In this document: positions 60,837-64,000 of the stretch, one piece after another
Position numbering within the stretch: position 1 is the first letter of the stretch
Layout: the number at the start of each line of letters is the position of its first letter
DNA from: Squalus acanthias
Lineage: Eukaryota
Assembly (NCBI GenBank): GCA_030390025.1
Contig: CM059432.1
Span: 38,442,001 to 38,506,000, forward strand
Direction: 5' to 3'
DNA: 64,000 nucleotides
Made by a program: the position numbers and the translations under genes
The notes under the pieces: model-generated
The model's input: only the letters and a program-made list of their open reading frames with translations
The model's database searches: none
What the model was told of the DNA's origin: nothing

Positions 60837-62660
60837 ACGTGTTGACAATGGTTTGGAGTTCGGCCTCAGAGTGTGCGCAGACGCAAGCATCGTCTGCATA
60901 CTGTAATTCGATGACAGAGGATGGGATGACCTTGGATCTGGACTGAAGGTGACAGAGGTTGAACAGTTTCCCGTTTGTTCTGTAGATTAGCTCCACTCCA
61001 GCGGGTAGCTTACTGAGGGTGAGATGGAGCATTGCAGCCAGGAAGATCGAGAAGAGCGTTGGTGCGATGACACAGCCTTGCTTGACCCCGGTCCGTACGT
61101 GAATTGCGTTTGTGGTGGATCCGTTGGTCAGGATCACGGCTTGCATGTCGTCGTGAAGCTGGTGGAGGATGGTGACAAACTTTTGAGGGTAGCCGAATTT
61201 GAGAAGGATACTCCATAATCCCTCACGGTTGACGGTGTCGAAGGCCTTTGTGAGGTCAAAGAAGGCCATGTACAGCGGTTGGTGCTGTTCCCTGCATTTC
61301 TCTTGTAGTTAACGCGCGGTGAAGATCATGTCCATTGTGCCCCTTAGTGGGCGGAATCCGCATTGCGACTCTGGGAGGAGCTCTTCAGCAACTGGGAGAA
61401 GGCGATTGAGGAGGATTCTTGCAATGACTTTCCCTGCGGCAGACAGCAGGGAGACTCCTCTGTAATTACCGCAATCGGACTTGTCACCTTTCTTGAAGAT
61501 GGTCACGATTACGGCATCTCTGAGATCCCCTGGCATGCTCTCCTCCTTCCAGATAAGAGAAATGAGTTCATGTATTCGCGCCAGTAGTGCTTCTCCGCCA
61601 TGTTTTAGCGCCTCGGCGGGGATTCCATCTGCTCCTGAGGCCTTGTTCTACAGTTGTCGGACGGCCTTTTCAACCTCATGCCGGGCTGGGGTTGTGGTGA
61701 GGTGGTGACGGGTAGCATGCTGCGGGATGGAAGTGTACGAGAGCATGGGCCTTACACTAAACATCCGTAAGACAAAGCCCTCTACCAACCTGCCCCCGCC
61801 ATACAATACTGCTCCCCGATTATCAAAATCCATGACGAGGCCTTGGACAATGTGGACCACTTTCCATACCTCGGGAGCCTACTGTCAACAAGGGCAGACG
61901 TCAATGACGAAGTCCAACACCGCCTTCAGTGTGCCAGTGCAGCCTTCGATCACCTGAGGAAGAGAGTGTTTGAAGACCAGGACCTCAAACCCAGCACCAA
62001 GCTCATGGTCTACAGAGCAGTAGTGATACCCGCCCTCCTGTATGCTTCAGAGACATGGACCATGTACAGCAGGCACCTCAAAGCACTGGAGAGGTACCAC
62101 CAACGCTGCCTCCGCAAGTTCGTGCAAATCCATTGGCAGGATAGGCGCACCAACGTCAGTGTTCTCACTCAGGCCAACATCCCCAGCATCGAAGCTTTGA
62201 CCACTCTCGATCAGCTCCGATGGACGGGCCACATCGTTCGCATGCCCGATATGAGACTCCCAAAACAAGCTATCTACTCGGAGCTCTGACACGGCAAGAG
62301 AGCCCCAGGTGGGCAGAGGAAATACTTCAAGGACACCCTCAAAGCCTCCTTGAAAAAGTGCAACATCCCCACCGACACCTGGGAATCCCTGGCCCAGGAC
62401 CGCACAAAGTGGAGGAGAAGCATTCGGGAAGGCGCCGAACACCTCGAGTCTCTTCGCCGGGAGCAAGTGGAAGCCAAGCGCAAACAGCGGAAGGAGCGCA
62501 TGTCAACCCAAGCACCCCACCCACCCGCCCCTTCAACCAGCGTCTGCCCCACCTGTGACAGAGACTGTAGGTCTCGCATTGGACTCATCAGTCACCTGAG
62601 AACTCATTTTTAGTGTGGAAGCAAGTCATCCTCGGTTCCGAGGGACTGCCTAAGAAGAAG
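60837..62660 (+). mobile_element. RTE-clade LINE with inverted 5' half (60837-~61730 minus, ~61730-62660 plus)
   Basis: Same family as 26547-28636; (AAG)3 tail; flanking AATATGGTGA / AATGTGGTGA duplication. Confidence 0.92.
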
Positions 62661-62764
62661 AATGTGGTGACCAGAACTGCACACAGTACTCTAACGTCCC
62701 AGTCCTTCCCTTAACTTGCAAGAACTTGCATTGCAAATTCTAAAAATGTACATATGATTGGAAA

Positions 62765-63310
62765 ATGGCAAATGTGATACCATTGTTCAAGAAAGGGTGT
62801 AAGGACATTCCTAGTAACTATAGGCCGGTCAGTTTAACATCAGTGGTGGGTAAAGTTTTAGAAACAATAATCAATGAAAATATTAGAGAAGTTATGCTGA
62901 ACCTTTATAAAGCGCTGGATAGGCCACAACTGGAGTATTGCGTCCAATTCTGGGCACCACACTTTAGGAAGGATGTGAAGGTCCTTGAGAGGGTGCAGAG
63001 GAGATTTACCAGAATGGTTCCGGGGATGGGGGATCTTAGTTACAAGGACAGGTTGGAGAAGCTGGATTTGTTTTCATTAGAGCAAAGGAGGTTTTGGGGT
63101 GATTTGATAGAGTTGTACAAGATTATGATGGGTTTGGATAGGCTAGACAGGGAAAGGCTGTTCCCACTCGTTGATGGTAAAAGGACTAGGGGACACAGAT
63201 TTAAGGTTTTGGGCAAGAGATACAGGGGGATGTGAGGAAAATCTTTTTTATGCAGCGAGTGGTGATGACCTGGAACTCACTGCCGACGGAAGTGGTGGAA
63301 GCGGAGACAC
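62765..63310 (+). mobile_element. CR1 fragment with RT core deleted
   Basis: [16 protein letters not shown] fused in frame to REVMLNLYKALDRPQLEYC. Confidence 0.85.
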
Positions 63311-63313
63311 TAA

Positions 63314-64000
63314 GGGCCAGAAATTCGGCTCTCCGGCTTCCCACGGGTGCAAGAATCGCACGCATACTTACATACAGCGCCTGCCGTTGTGCTTCGGGCC
63401 CACGTGGAATTCTGCTCCTGGGCCTCCTCCAGCTGCCGGTGTGCAGTGCTTGCGTATCCCAGGGGCGCAGTTAGTTCGAAGCGTCCCCTGGGATCACGTG
63501 GACCATGGAGAAGCAATCGGAGCAGGGAATCTTCATTCATAGATCGGCCCCAAAACCTCATTAACACTTCAAATAAATTTTTTTAAAAATCACATTTTTA
63601 AAATAACTATAAATTACATAAATTAACTACTTTAAACAAAAATTTTAATTTTTGAAAAAATTAATTACACTTTTTAATGGTGCTAAAAATAAACTTACCT
63701 TTCTTTAAAGTATGTAAAAAAGATAAACCTGTTGAAAAAATGTTTAAATTGTACTTAATTCACCACTTACCTTGTTAAAAGCAGGCCTTGCGCCTCCTTT
63801 TTCCCCGCGCAGCTTCTCCGTACGTACCCTCACGGAGAAACCTGAAAAAAAAAACGAAGTTCAAGGTCTACGAGCTGCCTCTCTGGCGCACGCATTCGAC
63901 CTCTGAACCCCTTCCTTCAGGGGAACGGAAGTTCCGGTTTCCAGCACATGCGCAGTGCATGCGCGAAACCGGCACTTTCGTTGGGTCTACGGGTGAGTAC
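63314..64000 (-). mobile_element. Family I MITE, runs off window end
   Basis: TAA + GGGCCAGAAATTCGG terminus; reverse-complement homolog of 56939-57704. Confidence 0.85.

Noticed and set aside
1..64000. CRISPR array, prokaryotic operons, rRNA, LTR/endogenous viral genes
   Set aside because: No regularly spaced repeats, no gag/integrase/env or rRNA motifs seen; content is eukaryotic transposon-derived

Overview
Eukaryotic, repeat-dominated DNA. The repeat spectrum (vertebrate-type CR1, L2 tails, RTE, Deu-domain SINEs, Penelope-type terminal repeats) points to a cartilaginous fish (shark/ray); this is an inference. No intact host protein-coding gene is recognisable, and essentially all long ORFs in the track are LINE or DNA-transposon remnants. 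Main structures: (1) A PIF/Harbinger DNA-transposon ecosystem. One near-complete two-gene element (50967-56248) has a transposase and a convergent three-exon Myb/SANT + acidic + coiled-coil gene. There are also three further decayed or deleted relatives, scattered Myb exon remnants, and many non-autonomous MITEs sharing a GGSNN-WRAAATT(C/G)G terminus, several with 3-bp target duplications. (2) A second, CR1-like LINE family whose longest copy has a tRNA-like Pol III head and no room for an ORF1, plus a SINE built from its two ends. (3) Penelope-type repeats carrying a minimal hammerhead ribozyme. (4) An RTE insertion with a clean twin-priming 5' inversion. A few small candidate host exons are speculative. 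Element boundaries were read by eye and are approximate unless TIR/TSD coordinates are given.
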